Notes: generated from the letters alone by a model not told the origin. 64,000 bases of DNA from the human T2T-CHM13v2.0 reference genome, Homo sapiens (GCF_009914755.1 NC_060927.1), one strand, 5' to 3'. Positions 12,386 to 26,313 are shown, counted from the stretch's first letter. A program made the numbers and translations.

Positions 12386-15196
12386 CACCTCCCCCGCCCC
12401 CATTTCTAAAAGGGCAGGCAAGTGTGTGGTGTGGACAGAAGACCGAGGGCTGGGGCTGTTCTGGGCCACTTATGCCTTGTCTTAGGTGTGGTGTGAAGAG
12501 GGCAAAGCCCCACCCCAGGACCCCAGGAGCAGAAAGAGCCTCAGCGGGGTCTTGTTCTTCTTTCTCTGGGTCACGCTGAGAGGGGAAGGGCAGGTTGAGG
12601 GGCCCACTGCTGGGTTCTGGGTTAACTCTCAGGCAGCTGGAGTGTCCACTGACCACACGCTTTCCTGATTCCATTCCTGCTTCCCCCTTACCACATGGAA
12701 ATGTGCACACACACTCACACTCACTCTCTCTCACACTGATCAGAAAGTATTGACATTCAACTCAGACTGATTCTACTCAGATACTCATTTAAGCCTCAAG
12801 TCATTTAAAACAACATGTTTCTCCTCAAACTTGTGCTTGCGGCTCATTCAATATAGATTTAAAAAATTCCTATAATCACTAGTCTAGGGGACTTCAGCTG
12901 TGGGCAAGACAAAGTTCCTGCCCTCAGGGAGCTTACTGTCTAGGGCTTTTACAACTAAAACTTGTGATGACTGCTATGAAGAATGAGAATGGGGCTCGGT
13001 GACAGAATTCAGAGCTACGGGCTTGTTTTGGAGTTTTGTAACACTTGCGTTAGGAGAGAGTTGGGCACAGGAAACGGGTAGAAGGCTGCTCCCAGGAGGG
13101 GTGATGTGGCTCCGACCTGGCAGGCAACAGTGGAGATGAACATCTCCTGTGGCAATGAAACTTTTTGACTATGGGGAAAGGCTGGTGAGTGCCACCAGCT
13201 TCCGAATCCCCCTTACAGAAAGGGGTCAGAGTTTGTCCCCTGTGGCCGACCTGTGAGCTTAAAGCAAATGGTCGTCTTTGAGCATAACAACAGAAAGACA
13301 CTCATTTGTGGTTTTCCCATCAGGTGTGGATGGTGCCTTTTTATGTTTCAGGCTCTCTGTTGCCTCCCAGAGAGCCAAATGCCGGCTTTTCCAGAACCCC
13401 AGAACTTTCCCAGGCAGAGATATTTAGTGAAGTGTTGGTTGGTTTTCTAAGCATCAGGCTTCTTAGCTAAGGCAACCTATGGGGGTACTGCCGGGAAACA
13501 GTCGGCTACCTGCCACCTTCTAATTTGCTTTCATGGTAATTCTGGGTGCTTAAATATTAGCCTAGTTTTTCCTGGCCTGGTTAAAAACCCGGAGTGGAGT
13601 TATTTTTAACAACGTGTCCTGTCTTACCCGTAATGGCATGTTGATTTCCTGTGGTAGGCCAGCTGTGGTTGGTTGGTGGCGGCTCCCTAGACCACTGGAT
13701 TGACTGGGGTTCAGAGTGCATGAGGAAGAAGATCTGGCATGAGGGAATGGTGACATGTGTCTGGGCATGGAACAGGGGAGTGGCGGATAATGCTTGGGGT
13801 CTGCCATCTTGGACAGTTTATCTTACCCGGGTTTGTTGGTTTTTGGCTACTCTCATGCTGAGCTCAGACAACTTCTAGTGGAGGCTCTGACTTAAAGATT
13901 GGCCTCAGAGGTAGTCCCTTGCCATCAGCTGTTGACATTGAAATCCTCAACTGTCACTCTCTAAAGTAAAGCCCCCTTTTGTTCCTCTCACCCCAGTGTG
14001 GAGGCCTGTGCTTGTTTGCCAGGGCCAGCCATTTATTTCACGTAGCTAAAGACCTGGATGCCGTTGAAACCCAGCTGTTGTTAGAAAGCCAGGGACTCAA
14101 TTCTTTGTGTGTCTTGGCTGTCTACCATCTCTAATTCTACAAAGTATAAATTCTCTGGGATGCAAAGCAGAGATCCCTCAGCTTTCACGGCAGTCATTAA
14201 CTTTGCCAGATACCATGGGGAGCACCAGGACTCCCATGCGAGGCAGAGGTGCACGTAGCCCCTTGGTGATGGGCGTGGTAGCCTGAGGCATGCTGCCGTT
14301 CGCTGGATGGGGAGGTCCCCCTCCACAGTGGAGTCCATGAGTGTCCTTGGCCTAGCCCTTGTTTCTCTGTTTAGCACTTCTCTAGCAAATCACTATCTCC
14401 TCTCCTCGACTCCTCTGTGCTTCATCTTTAAAACTGACACCCTCAAGGAGTCAGAGGCCCTCAGGGTCCCCCGGGGGGTCAGCCATGTAGCAGGAGCTCA
14501 GCTTACACTCAGGAAGACGGCAAGGCTTCACCAGGTGGCCGAGTGACCGAGAAGGCTGAGTGTGGTCAGAAGGTGCCAGCTGCATTGGAGGGAGAGGAGT
14601 CTGGGGGACACACAGGAGCCATGTGTGGGGGACAGGGCTGGATGTGGGCTGCAGGGCCTGCCCATCTCTCTCCGTTCTGTTGTTCCACCACTTGGCTTCC
14701 TCCTTCAGTTGCTCCAGCAGCCTGTCTCCTCCCTCGCCTCTAGGCTCCTGCATGTGCTGAGGCCTCTCTACTTGAAGCACCTCTCTGTCTGCTCCCTCTT
14801 GTGCCGCAACTGAGATGTTACTGGAAAGCTTTCTCTGGTCTCCCGCAGACCAGGTTAATTGCCTCCTGAGTGCTCCACCTTCCACACCCCAAATATGTTA
14901 TGTAGGATGTTAGAGTGACTTGCTTGCCTCATCCTTCTCCTGCAGTTGTGGGTTCCTGGGGGGTGTTAACCGCTCAGGATCCAGCACGTGGCACAACATC
15001 TGCACGTAGTAGGTGTTCTGTGAGAATGGTTGACAACAATGAGTAGGCACATGAGCAGTGCACACAGTGAGGCAGGGGGAGCTGACCGAGGCCTGCATGG
15101 CCGAGGTCCCGGGGGAGCAGCAGTGCTATTCTGGGTGTGCACAAGGTGGTCTCCAATTCCCAGCTTGTGCTCAGAATCCCACAACCTCTCTTCCAG

Positions 15197-15364
15197 GCAG
15201 CCCCTTCAGGGTTCCTGTGAAGGATGTTGTGGACCCCAGCAAGGTCAAGATTGCCGGCCCCGGGCTGGGCTCAGGCGTCCGAGCCCGTGTCCTGCAGTCC
15301 TTCACGGTGGACAGCAGCAAGGCTGGCCTGGCTCCGCTGGAAGTGAGGGTTCTGGGCCCACGAG
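15197..15364 (+). CDS. FLNB: FLNB exon 25 (168 nt)
   Basis: ttccag|GC..CGAG|gtaagt; [16 protein letters not shown]...VLGPR. Confidence 0.97.
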
Positions 15365-16382
15365 GTAAGTGTGCACCCTGCCTTCCTGCAGACATTCATC
15401 TGCCCCAGGCAGGGGCAGCTGTAACCCAGAGCAGATGCTTTGCTTTTGAGTTTGCTCATGAGCTTAAAATTAAATTAAAAAAAATTATTGTTTCATTTCT
15501 AGTTAAACAGTAGAAATTCCTGCTTACAAGTAAGCAGGCTTGTTATTTCTCCAGTGATCTGTCCCCCCATTTAATAATATGGCTATCAATTTCTTAGAGG
15601 AAGCAGCAGTATTTGGGCTGTCATATGTAATATGGTGGCGACTGTTTCATTATGTGTTTCAGCATTTGTGAGGGGGTGGGTTGCTCTGGATGTGGCAGAT
15701 GGTGGGGTTTGGAGGTGATAACTCATTGAGATATCTTGGTGTCCATGTGGTACATACCAGAACCTCTGGGAATGCCAGGCACATGATGCACGTGATACGT
15801 GGCTTTGTCATTGTCTTAGTTCCCCAGAGAGAGAGTGTGTCTTGGGGAATGGGCTTTGTTGGCAATTTGGCCTGCCTTGTTGGCAGCTTGGAACTTGGGT
15901 TTGGTAAGGCTAGCGGGCCATATAGGGACAAAGCCCTGAAGTGCATTGGAACTTGCCTTTTTTGATAAGTGACCATGTTTCCTCCTCCAGCACTTAAAAT
16001 GTGCCTTTCTCCCACATAGAGGACAGTGTGCCTAATTTCTTACGTAATCTGGATTTTCCTCGCCAATGATATGTTCTTGGATTCACAGAAGTGGCAAATG
16101 GGGTTTTCCCTCTTTGAAGAGGAACCTTCTCCTTCATGGGGTTCAGCAGGAGGTTTTATCTTTTGAAGCTCAGGGCAGAAATGGTTTGGGGGAAATTAGG
16201 TCATGGGTCTGGGATCAGATTCTGTGAAGTTACTGAGCTTCAGGACCTGCATGTGTTTGTGTGCATGTATGTGTCCCTGTGTATGTGTGAATGAGAGAGG
16301 GAGAAAAAGAAGAAAGAGAAGCTTTACTTGGATATCTGCCTCTATTATGAAGGACTCTCAAGTAACAGCCTTTTGATTTTAG

Positions 16383-16475
16383 CTGACGACACGGATTCCC
16401 AGTCATGGCGCAGCCCCTTGAAAGCCCTTTCAGAGTTCTTTAAAGGTGACCCGAAGGGTGACTTTAATAAGACAG
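16383..16475 (+). CDS. FLNB: FLNB alternative cassette exon (93 nt, +31 aa in repeat 13; longest isoform)
   Basis: ttttag|CT..ACAG|gtttgc; phase 1-1, no stop; ADDTDSQSWRSPLKALSEFFKGDPKGDFNKT matches my recollection of the 2633-aa isoform insert. Confidence 0.9.
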
Positions 16476-17263
16476 GTTTGCATTTTCCCATGGCTGCTGA
16501 ATTATGTAACCCAAATGCTTCTTGCTGGCCTCACTTCTAAAATTGCTTACACCTGCCTCATCTGCTTTGCTTAATGAGCATGCCATCCTTTGATTAACCT
16601 ACCCTGGAGTTGACCCATCCTTGACTGTCACGTTGGAAGCTGGGATCTGGACTCTGCAACCCAACGCGTGCCTTGATTATGTTTTAGCATAATCTCTAAC
16701 ATCTCCACAGGCTTCACCTTGAGGGTCCCCTTGCCCCATGAGATTGGCACCCTCACCTGCCCTGCACCTATGCCCCAGCATGCTGGTACCACAGTGTTCT
16801 TTGCTCAAAGGTGGCCACAAGTCTTGACTAGCCAGCCCATTGGTTAATTTTTGCTCTTCACAATTCTGGACTCTTTGGCAGTGTCTCAGCTGTAGAGTAA
16901 AATTGCCACATCCTAAGCGTGCCTAACCAGCTTGAAAGGTTATATTGTGTCTTCAACACACATCATCCACATACACCCTCCAGCAGCAAGCACAGGCAGT
17001 CTCCTTAATTATACTCTAGGGCAGACTGAGTGTATTTTAGCCAACAAAAAGCTAAAGGTGTCTCTCGGGGTCATTTCTGCAACCATGAATTGGGGATCCT
17101 GTGATTTTTTTCAGGCCTGTGATTATGGTTGCTGGCCTTTTTGTTACTCATCAGTGGAAACCAATAGCTCTTGGGGATGGATGTGGTCCTATTTCAGACT
17201 CAGCCAAGGGTGGAGTAAAGGTGAGGCCAGGCAGCTCCTTAAACCTCTCATCTCTGTCCTCAG

Positions 17264-17387
17264 GCTTGGTGGAGCCAGTGAACGTGGTGGACAATGGAGA
17301 TGGCACACACACAGTAACCTACACCCCATCTCAGGAGGGACCTTACATGGTCTCAGTTAAATATGCTGATGAAGAGATTCCTCGCAG
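17264..17387 (+). CDS. FLNB: FLNB exon 26 (124 nt)
   Basis: cctcag|GC..CGCAG|gtaagc; [21 protein letters not shown]...EEIPR. Confidence 0.97.
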
Positions 17388-17393
17388 GTAAGC

Positions 17394-17626
17394 TCCATCC
17401 ATCTGCCCATCCATTCCTCCATCAGTCTATCTGTCCACCCATCCATTCCTCCATCAGTCCATCCACCCATCCGTTCCTCCATCATTCCATCCATCCACTC
17501 ATCCATTCCTCCATCAGTCCATCCATCCACCCATCCATTCCTCCATCAGTCCATCCATCCATCCATTCTTTCATCATTCCATCCATCCACCCATCCATTC
17601 CTCCATCAGTCCGTCTACCCATTCAT
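17394..17626 (+). repeat. (CCAT)n-based micro/minisatellite
   Basis: Degenerate units of ccatccacccatccattcctccatcagt starting 6 nt after the exon 26 donor. Confidence 0.95.
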
Positions 17627-17771
17627 AGAGGCAGCAAGTATTACATAGAACCTGCAACTTGTCACCACACACTAGCCTTGATATTTGTGGCTCCCGCTCT
17701 CTCACTCCCCCAGTTCCTTTCAGACATCTTTAGTTTAAAGGTGAGCTGAAATTAAGAAGTTGGAAATCCTA

Positions 17772-17921
17772 ACCACGTGTGGTGGGATTCGCCTGTAATC
17801 CCAGCTACTTGGGAGACTGAGATGAGAGGATCACTTGAGCCCAAGAGTTTGAGGCCAGCCTGGGCAACATAGACCCTCCCCTGACATCTCTGGAAAAAAA
17901 AAAAAAAAAAAAAAAAAAAAA
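17772..17921 (+). mobile_element. Alu monomer (FLAM-like) with long A tail
   Basis: Single arm followed by an A run. Confidence 0.85.
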
Positions 17922-18531
17922 GCAATAGTAGTAGACAATCATTGATGAAATAAATAATTTATTAGTTTATTAGAGGCTTCCTTTTGGTGTTTTGGTGAAC
18001 CTGCAAGTAGTTTTCTGATTGGGACAGGACAAAGGTCTTTACTTCAGGGTTTGCTTGATAAAAGCATTTCCAAAAGGTTTTACATAGAAACCTTGTTCCT
18101 TGTTGATATTAATACAAAAAAAAATGTTACATAAGCTCTTCACCTCTTGGAACAATCTCTAAGGGTTTTCTTTTCTTTTTTTAAAAAATCATGCCCCTTA
18201 AGATGAAAAACTTTCACCCATATCCCCTAACACATATTTTATATAGAGATAAGCATATTAGCTCTATGTAGAAATATGTAATTTATAAATTACATTTGTA
18301 TATTGCTTTACTAATATACCATGTACCATATGAAGCATACTATAGAATAATTATAGATACAGAATATAGAATAAGATGAGATATAAATATTAAAACTGAA
18401 GTTCCAGTATTCTCTTTCCATTTGGTGACCATGATCTTAGCATAACAAAAGTGGGGTAAATGTGTTTAACCCTGTGTTTCCCAAACTAATTTGTGAACTC
18501 TTCCTCCCCAAACTACTTGTATCCCTTGGAA

Positions 18532-18853
18532 CAGAGGTCCCCAACCCTTGGAGCGTGGACTGGTGTGGGTGCACGGCATGTTAGGAATTGGGCCGCACGG
18601 TGGTGGGTGAGCCATCATTACTGCCTGAGCCCTGCCTCCTGTCAGATCAGCAGCTGCATTAGATTCTCATAGGAGTGCGAACCCTATTGTGAACTGCACA
18701 TGAGAAGGATCTAGATTGCACACTCCTTGTGAGAATCTAACTAGTGCCTGATGATCTGAGGTGGAACAGTTTTATCCTGAAAGCATTCCCCCACCAGGCC
18801 CCCTGGTCTTCTACGAAACCAGTCCCTAGTGCCAAAAAGGTTGGGGACCGCTG
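18532..18853 (+). mobile_element. MER1B hAT-Charlie DNA transposon, complete
   Basis: TIRs cagaggtccccaacc / ggttggggaccgctg; 8-bp TSD ccttggaa (18524-18531, 18854-18861). Confidence 0.9.
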
Positions 18854-19071
18854 CCTTGGAACACACTCAGGACAAAACCAGTCTGTCATATGATGGTTAC
18901 TACCTCATAGTTGTAAATTTCTGCTAGACTTAGGCACCTTGACTAACTCACTGTCTTATCTGCTGTAGAAATCCCCTTTTCCATCCCACTCTTATGTGTA
19001 AGAAAAGTCAGATGCAGCTGGGTTGACATGTATCTTTATTGACTAGGGTGTGTGTGTGTGTGTCTATCAAG

Positions 19072-19228
19072 TCCCTTCAAGGTCAAGGTCCTTCCCACAT
19101 ATGATGCCAGCAAAGTGACTGCCAGTGGCCCCGGCCTTAGTTCCTATGGTGTGCCTGCCAGTCTACCTGTGGACTTTGCAATTGATGCCCGAGATGCCGG
19201 GGAAGGCCTGCTTGCTGTTCAAATAACG
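19072..19228 (+). CDS. FLNB: FLNB exon 27 (157 nt)
   Basis: atcaag|T..ACG|gtaact; [15 protein letters not shown]...LAVQIT. Confidence 0.96.
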
Positions 19229-19483
19229 GTAACTTGGAGTTATTTTCTGAGCCAAACCTTAATCCTAAGACTTAATTTCTGGGCCAGATTTAAGAACAAG
19301 GGTTTCAATAACCGATTTCTGACTCAATGCAAGTTGTTTGTTAGATTTTCCCACCAAAGAGTCAGTAAATGTGCAGAAGCAGAAGCAGCTCACCTGAGAG
19401 ATTTGAGGGTGTAGCTCCAAGAACCACTTTTTGGTGAATTTTCATGTTTTTTTACTACATCTATTCCTATGTTTTTATTTTTA

Positions 19484-19610
19484 TTTTTTTTAAAGATGGG
19501 GTTTCACCATGTTGCCCAATCTGGTCTTGAACTCTCTTGGGTTCAAGCAGTCTGCCTGCCTCAACCTCCCAAAGTGCTGGGATTGCAGACATGAGACACT
19601 GTGCCCGTCC
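19484..19610 (-). mobile_element. FLAM/Alu monomer
   Basis: Antisense left-arm-like sequence; TSD cctatgtttttattttta. Confidence 0.85.
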
Positions 19611-20434
19611 CCTATGTTTTTATTTTTAAATGTTTTAAATTACTCTTTGGTTCATTTAAGACTAAGTTATGCTGCATATCACAGTAAACCTTAAAATAAG
19701 AGTGGCTGAAATAAATGAGATTATTCTCTCTTGTTAAGGAACCCCAGGCTAAGCCACCTGGGTGCCCTGCAGCTCACCAAGGAAGTCAGCTCCATCTCTC
19801 TGCTCCTCTACCTAGCATGTGGCTTCTGTCCTTAAGGTCTCCTCCTGGACCATAAGGCTGCCAGTGCTCTGGCCATCACATCCACATGGCAGGCCAGAAG
19901 GAGGAAGAAAGAAGGGAAAAAGGGGTCCTCCCAGCTCAGTGGGCTCTCTTAAGCAGCCCTGCCAAAAGTCCATCATAGACTTCCATTCCCTTCTGATTTG
20001 TTGGGGGTTGGTCACAATTCACATTACCTAGTGGCAAGGATGCTAGGAAGTGGATTCCCATCTTCTGGGAGCGGTGCACCTAGCTAAGAGTTATGGTCCT
20101 GTTAATAAAGAGAAAAGGGAGACTGGATGTGGTGGTGTGTGAGCAGAAGCCTCTGCCTCCTCCCCTCCCTACATTTCAGAGGATTTCGAGCTAAAACACT
20201 CTTGGTTCACCTGACAACAAAATTACTAAAAATTGGCCATGTCTGTCATGGTGTTAAAGGGATCTGTGACCCTCTACTCTCCCTACCAAAAAACAAAACA
20301 AAACTAGATTGTATTAAGCCATCAATTCTGTCTGTTTCCACTAGAGGCACTAATTGGAAAATATGTCAGGGTTTTCCATGAATGTTTTCTACATCTTGAC
20401 AACATCCTAAATAGCATTTCTCTATGATCCACAG

Positions 20435-20624
20435 GACCAAGAAGGAAAACCCAAAAGAGCCATTGTCCATGACAATAAAGATGGCACGTATGCTGTCACC
20501 TACATCCCCGACAAGACTGGGCGCTATATGATTGGAGTCACCTACGGGGGTGACGACATCCCACTTTCTCCTTATCGCATCCGAGCCACACAGACGGGTG
20601 ATGCCAGCAAGTGCCTGGCCACGG
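20435..20624 (+). CDS. FLNB: FLNB exon 28 (190 nt)
   Basis: ccacag|GAC..ACGG|gtgagt; [25 protein letters not shown]...SKCLAT. Confidence 0.97.
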
Positions 20625-21202
20625 GTGAGTACAGGGCATCTCAAGGTCAGGGGCACAGGCTTTGCAATCAGAAAGCCGGGCCGTAGCCCTTCTCTGTGAC
20701 TTACAAGCTACATGATCTGGGCACGTTGCTCAACCTCACTGAACTTCAGTTTGACATAGATTGAAGCTCTTTGTTTTTATTTGGAGAACATTTAGATCCA
20801 AGAAGCTCTTCTAAGGAACAGAGACTGTTTTACAGGGTTACTGCAAAGATTAGATGAGGTCAGGCATGAAAAATGCTTAGCACAGTGCTAGGTACATGAT
20901 AACTATTATTATATGCTTTTGAAATGTTGAGAACCCAACTCTGATGGCGGCTCCCATGAAAAGCAGCACATTTCTGCCTTTTATGAGTAGATAGTTACTC
21001 AGGATTCATTCAAGAGCATTTCAGGTCAGCATTAGAGAAACACATTTAAGGATCTAGGTTTTTTTCATCATGCATATGTAAACCTCTCAGGAATTCTCCA
21101 TGAATATTTGAGCATCACAGTTTCTTTGGTTTCTTTCTTTTTTTTTCCCCTCCTTTTTCCTTCAGTTTCTAAGACACAACTATTGACTGTCACAGGCCAT
21201 TC

Positions 21203-21475
21203 TTTTTTTTTTTTTTTTTTTTTTTGAGATGGAGTCTTGCTCTGTTGCCCAGGCTGGAGTGCAGTGACGCAATCTCAGCTCACTGCAGCCTCAGCCTCCT
21301 GAGTAGCTGGGACCACAGGTGCCCACGACCATGCCCGGCTAAGTTTTGTATTTTTAGTGGATTCAGGGTTTCACCATAATTGGCCAGGCTGGTCTCGAAC
21401 TCCTGGCCTCAAGTGATCTGCCCTCCTCAGCCTCCCAAAGTGCTGGGATTACAGGTGTGAGCACCACGCCTGGCC
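21203..21475 (-). mobile_element. Alu with a short internal deletion
   Basis: Antisense dimer lacking the segment between two gcctc motifs. Confidence 0.92.
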
Positions 21476-22737
21476 GGCCTTTCAGTTTTTAAGAACAGCC
21501 CTTGGGCAGCTCAGTGCTGCTGCTCAAGCAGATTTTAAAACACGAATCCCCATCTCTAAAATGAGACAGATTTACTTCTTTTTAAATAAGAAGACTAAAC
21601 ACAGGACCACCCTTGATGTGTTCTGTTTCTCTCTTAGCCCATCTTTTTTTGAATGGAGAAAATCTGGGCTTTCACGGCAAGGTTGTGAATTGCTCAGCGT
21701 GGCCCTTTTTGGCTCACCCATGGCAAAAAATGGAAAAATTTTGGAATGCAGGCCAATCCACCACCTCCTAGGTCTATGCAGCTGCCAGCGACAACCAGAT
21801 CATCTTTACTAATTGATGGCATGTTAACGTTGGATGGGGACTTCCCCCTTGCCTTGCAGGCCCTATTTCCTCCCCCAGCTTGGGCAGAAGCCTGAGCTGA
21901 ATACTTGCCTTTTGGCCACACCTCTGGGTCTGTCATTCAGGGTCTTCCACAGATTGACTCCAGTCTTCTCTTCCACTCCTCCCTGAACAAACTGTTCTTG
22001 CCACCCTCCCTATTACTCCTACGCACTTGGCTCATATCTACCAATGTGCTTTTAGTTCATGCTTTTCTGCATTTCCTGATATGTGGATCCTGTGTAAAGG
22101 GGCGCCAGAAATCAAGAGAGAGACTGGTCACTGGGGAGAGGTTGCAAGTCTCCCTTAGCTAACAGCACCCATCCTTCAGGGTTCAGCCATGTTTCCTTTC
22201 TTTAGGAAGCCCTTTGTCAGTGCGGCAACCCTGGGATATAAATTCTTAGAACCTTTGCCTAGATATGCTGCCAGACACTTCTCTGAGGAACAGTTTGTTA
22301 TTTTTTCTGTAACTTAGTTCCTCTTCAGCATTTCCACTGCAGTTGGAAATGTCGTTCTTGGTGCCTGGCCCTGTTAACATCTTGAGAGCAGGGACTGTGT
22401 CTTGCCCACCTTTATGTGTACCTGGCACTTAAGAAAATGCCCAATATGTTTGCTATTGAAAGTCAACCTTCATTGCCATACCTTTAAATGCTGGCAAACC
22501 CAGGCTAACCTTTAGTCAACACTCAGAGCTTACAGATGCTCCTTATTTAGTAAGTAATTGATGACGTAACCCTTTGAGCAACACCTGATCAGGGGATCTT
22601 TGGGATATCCCTCTGAATGGCAGCAGTTGGAGGCCTAACATTTACAGGCACAGACAACATGGATGGGTATGATTTGTTCTTGGGCCTCCAGGATGTGTGT
22701 CCATACTTCCATTCTCTTCCCCTGAACTCTTCTCCAG

Positions 22738-22985
22738 GTCCTGGAATCGCCTCCACTGTGAAAACTGGCGAAGAAGTAGGCTTTGTGGTTGATGCCAAGA
22801 CTGCCGGGAAGGGTAAAGTGACCTGCACGGTTCTGACCCCAGATGGCACTGAGGCCGAGGCCGATGTCATTGAGAATGAAGATGGAACCTATGACATCTT
22901 CTACACAGCTGCCAAGCCGGGCACATATGTGATCTATGTGCGCTTCGGTGGTGTTGATATTCCTAACAGCCCCTTCACTGTCATG
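22738..22985 (+). CDS. FLNB: FLNB exon 29 (248 nt), repeat 15
   Basis: ctccag|GT..ATG|gtaagg; PGIASTVKTGEEVGF...PNSPFTVM. Confidence 0.97.
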
Positions 22986-24984
22986 GTAAGGAAAATTCCT
23001 TCTCCCGAGCATGCTGTTATTGGTGGAAACTGTAACAGCTGCCGTTTGTTGAACCCTGACTAGGATATCCTCTTCACCTTTTTTTTCCTTTGGAAAAAAA
23101 TTTGTTAAGCAGTCATGACCTTGTAGAGTCCCAGAGTAATCTCTAGAAACTCAGAGACCCTTTGGCTGTAAGGGTTTTTAGGGAATCTTACTGGCCACCA
23201 AGGTGTCTATCATAATAAGGGACTTGGGCAATATCCTGGCCTAAGCCCAGGCATTTTGAAAGATAACTCCTCAGAAAAACACACCTTTATGAAAATGTTT
23301 CTACATAAAACATGACAGGTTTTTAACCGGCCAGCTCTTCCTTCTTCCATCTTCATGGCCATTCTCCATGGCTGGAGGAGAGAGCTTCCTGATGCTGTTT
23401 TGTTTGGAGACTTGACTCTGAAATCCCAGGACTCAAAGTACCTCCACTTGTGTTTTGGAAAGATTCACACTTTATGTATGAGGGGGAAATACCTCGTCTT
23501 TTGCAGCTAGGAACATCTGGAATAAAAGGAGGAAACCATTATGCAAACACCTGGGTTAGTGAATGACCAAGGTCTTTCATTTTCAGTTGTGAGTTACTTA
23601 TAGATCTTCCTCTGTTTATTTATTTTTATTATTACATAATAGATCTTCTTCTGAATATTCTTCAACCAGGAAAAGGGTTAGAAACCTTGGGGACATTACC
23701 TCATTGAACCCTCAAAACCAAGCATCGTTGGCTTTTTTACAAATGAAGCATGCTTGGTCTAGACAGACACCAAATACCATGCTGTCATCCTCACTGGTGT
23801 CCTTTGATACTGTGGTCAGCAGCCGCACTTGACCACAAGGTTTATAGGCCCTTAATGACCTGGCCTTGTGCACAGCCGACAAAGCACCTTCTAATTATTT
23901 CATTTTGTGCAGCAATGGAGAGGTGCATGAAGACTCCATTCCAAACTCCAAAGCTCAGGGACTTTCTTCCGAACAGTCTATACTCTGTTGTAGTATTATT
24001 CCCTTCCATCGACGTCTGTTTATCTGTAAACAGCATGCCAGAGATCTGGAGGCTCTTTTATGTCTCAAGTATGTAAATGTAAACACTTGTCAACTTTTGA
24101 CATTGTTCATTTAAGAGTGTTTTTCTCCTGTAGGAAGAAAGAAATACAGCTGGGAAGTTGATGTCCTTATTCACAGAGAAGGGTACCAGTTGTAGTTTTC
24201 AGAATCTGTTTTTAGCCCATAGTGGGTTTTATCTGGTTGGTTAGAATTAGGTGGAAGGAGGGAAGAGCAGCCAAGCACTGAGCAGTGGTCATGGGCCTGC
24301 TGGTGCAATGATTTGGGGGTAAGAGAAGACCATATTGGGAAGGTCTACGTGAGAAAGTCAGAGTAAAAAAATTGAGGACCCTTTTTGCAGAAGTGGAGGC
24401 TTCCAAACTCAGTAATAAGTGTCTTCTAGCCCCTGAATACACACAAAGCAAGAATACTTTGTGTTTACCCACTGCCCCCTGACCACTGCTGAAGGCAGAA
24501 AGGGACGATCACCTACAGTACCTGGTTTGGGTCTTTATTCTCTCATTCCAGGGAGAGAACCTTAACTAGATGGACTGACTGACTGTTCATTGGCTTTGGT
24601 TGGGTAGATTCCCTGCTTCCCTCTATAAGTTTGACGCCAAAAAAGGACACCGACCAGCACTGCAGTCATAGCAAATGTCTCAAGGAGACCCACAGGGTGG
24701 TTTCTTCAAATACACTACTCACACACAGCACATGGAGTCATGGACAAACAGCTTAACTGCCCATTGCCTTTGAGAAGTCCTGGACCAAAGGCCATAGCTC
24801 AGCCATTGAAAGATCTTCCTTCTGACTGATATGTCCCTGCATAGCTCCAACCTGTGCAGGCAGAGGATAGGGCTGTTCCAAATGTCGCTCACAGAGCTGC
24901 CTTTGCCTTTCTGCAGATCCCAAGATACACACAAAGCAGTTAACATGGGTACATAGGCCTTCCTCTGTAGGAGAGGGCTTCTGA

Positions 24985-25360
<376 letters not shown>

Positions 25361-25422
25361 ATGAGCATTAAAGCTAAGATTTGTTGAAAATGAATTTATA
25401 AAAAACTTTAGAAACATTAACT

Positions 25423-25716
25423 GCTGAGCATGGTGGCTCATGCCTGAAATCTCAGCAGTTTGGGAGGCCAAGGTGAGAGGGTTGCTGGATCCCAGGAGTT
25501 TAAGACCAGCCTGGGCAATACAGTGAGACCCCATCTCTACCAAAAAAAAAAAATAATAATTAGCCTGGTGTGGTGGTGCACGCCTCTAGTCCCAACTGCT
25601 CAGGAGGCTGAGGTGGGAGGATCACCTGGGCCCAGAAGGTTGAGGCTGTAGTAAGCTGAGATTGCGCCACTGCACTCCAGCCTGGATGACAGAGCAAAAC
25701 TCTGCCTCAAAAAAAA
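25423..25716 (+). mobile_element. Alu (AluJ-like)
   Basis: Full dimer. Confidence 0.93.
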
Positions 25717-26313
25717 TTAAATAATTAACCACAGTAGACATTTATCAAGTAAAAAAAGAACTTTTTCCTGATTCTGTGCTGCAGAGATGCCTTGTGTTAG
25801 TTTTTACCTACTTACACTTCACACACCTCACTTTCATGCCTGGGGTCACACCGTACATACTGCTTTCGCACCTTGCTTCCTTCCCTCAATGTGTCATAGG
25901 TACCCTTACATATTGATTCATTGGACCTGACTGCCATGTTCCACTGGACAGACTCACCAGAATTTATTTGACCAAATCCCTTCCAGATGGACATTGGGTT
26001 GCTTTAGTTTTGCACGACCACAGACAGCACCAGTCAAGGTCCTTACACACATCAATTAACTATGGAGTCTCCCGCCAGCTTAGGTCTGCGTGCTACAAGT
26101 GGGGTTGTGGGCTCACAGGGCATGCGCATCTGACAGTTGAAGAGAGGACACCAACTGCCTTCCAAAAGGGCAGTAAGAAAGTGTCCTTCGCTAGAGTGAG
26201 TGGCTCACTGCAGTTCAAGATGGAGCAGTGGGGGAAGCAGCTCTGTGGTGGTAGTCTACTGAGTGTATCCTTCCAGTATGGTTCCCAACTAATCTCCATT
26301 TGCCACTGACCAG

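Noticed and set aside
17363-17749. His/Pro/Ser-rich 128-aa ORF
   Set aside because: Translation of the (CCAT)n satellite
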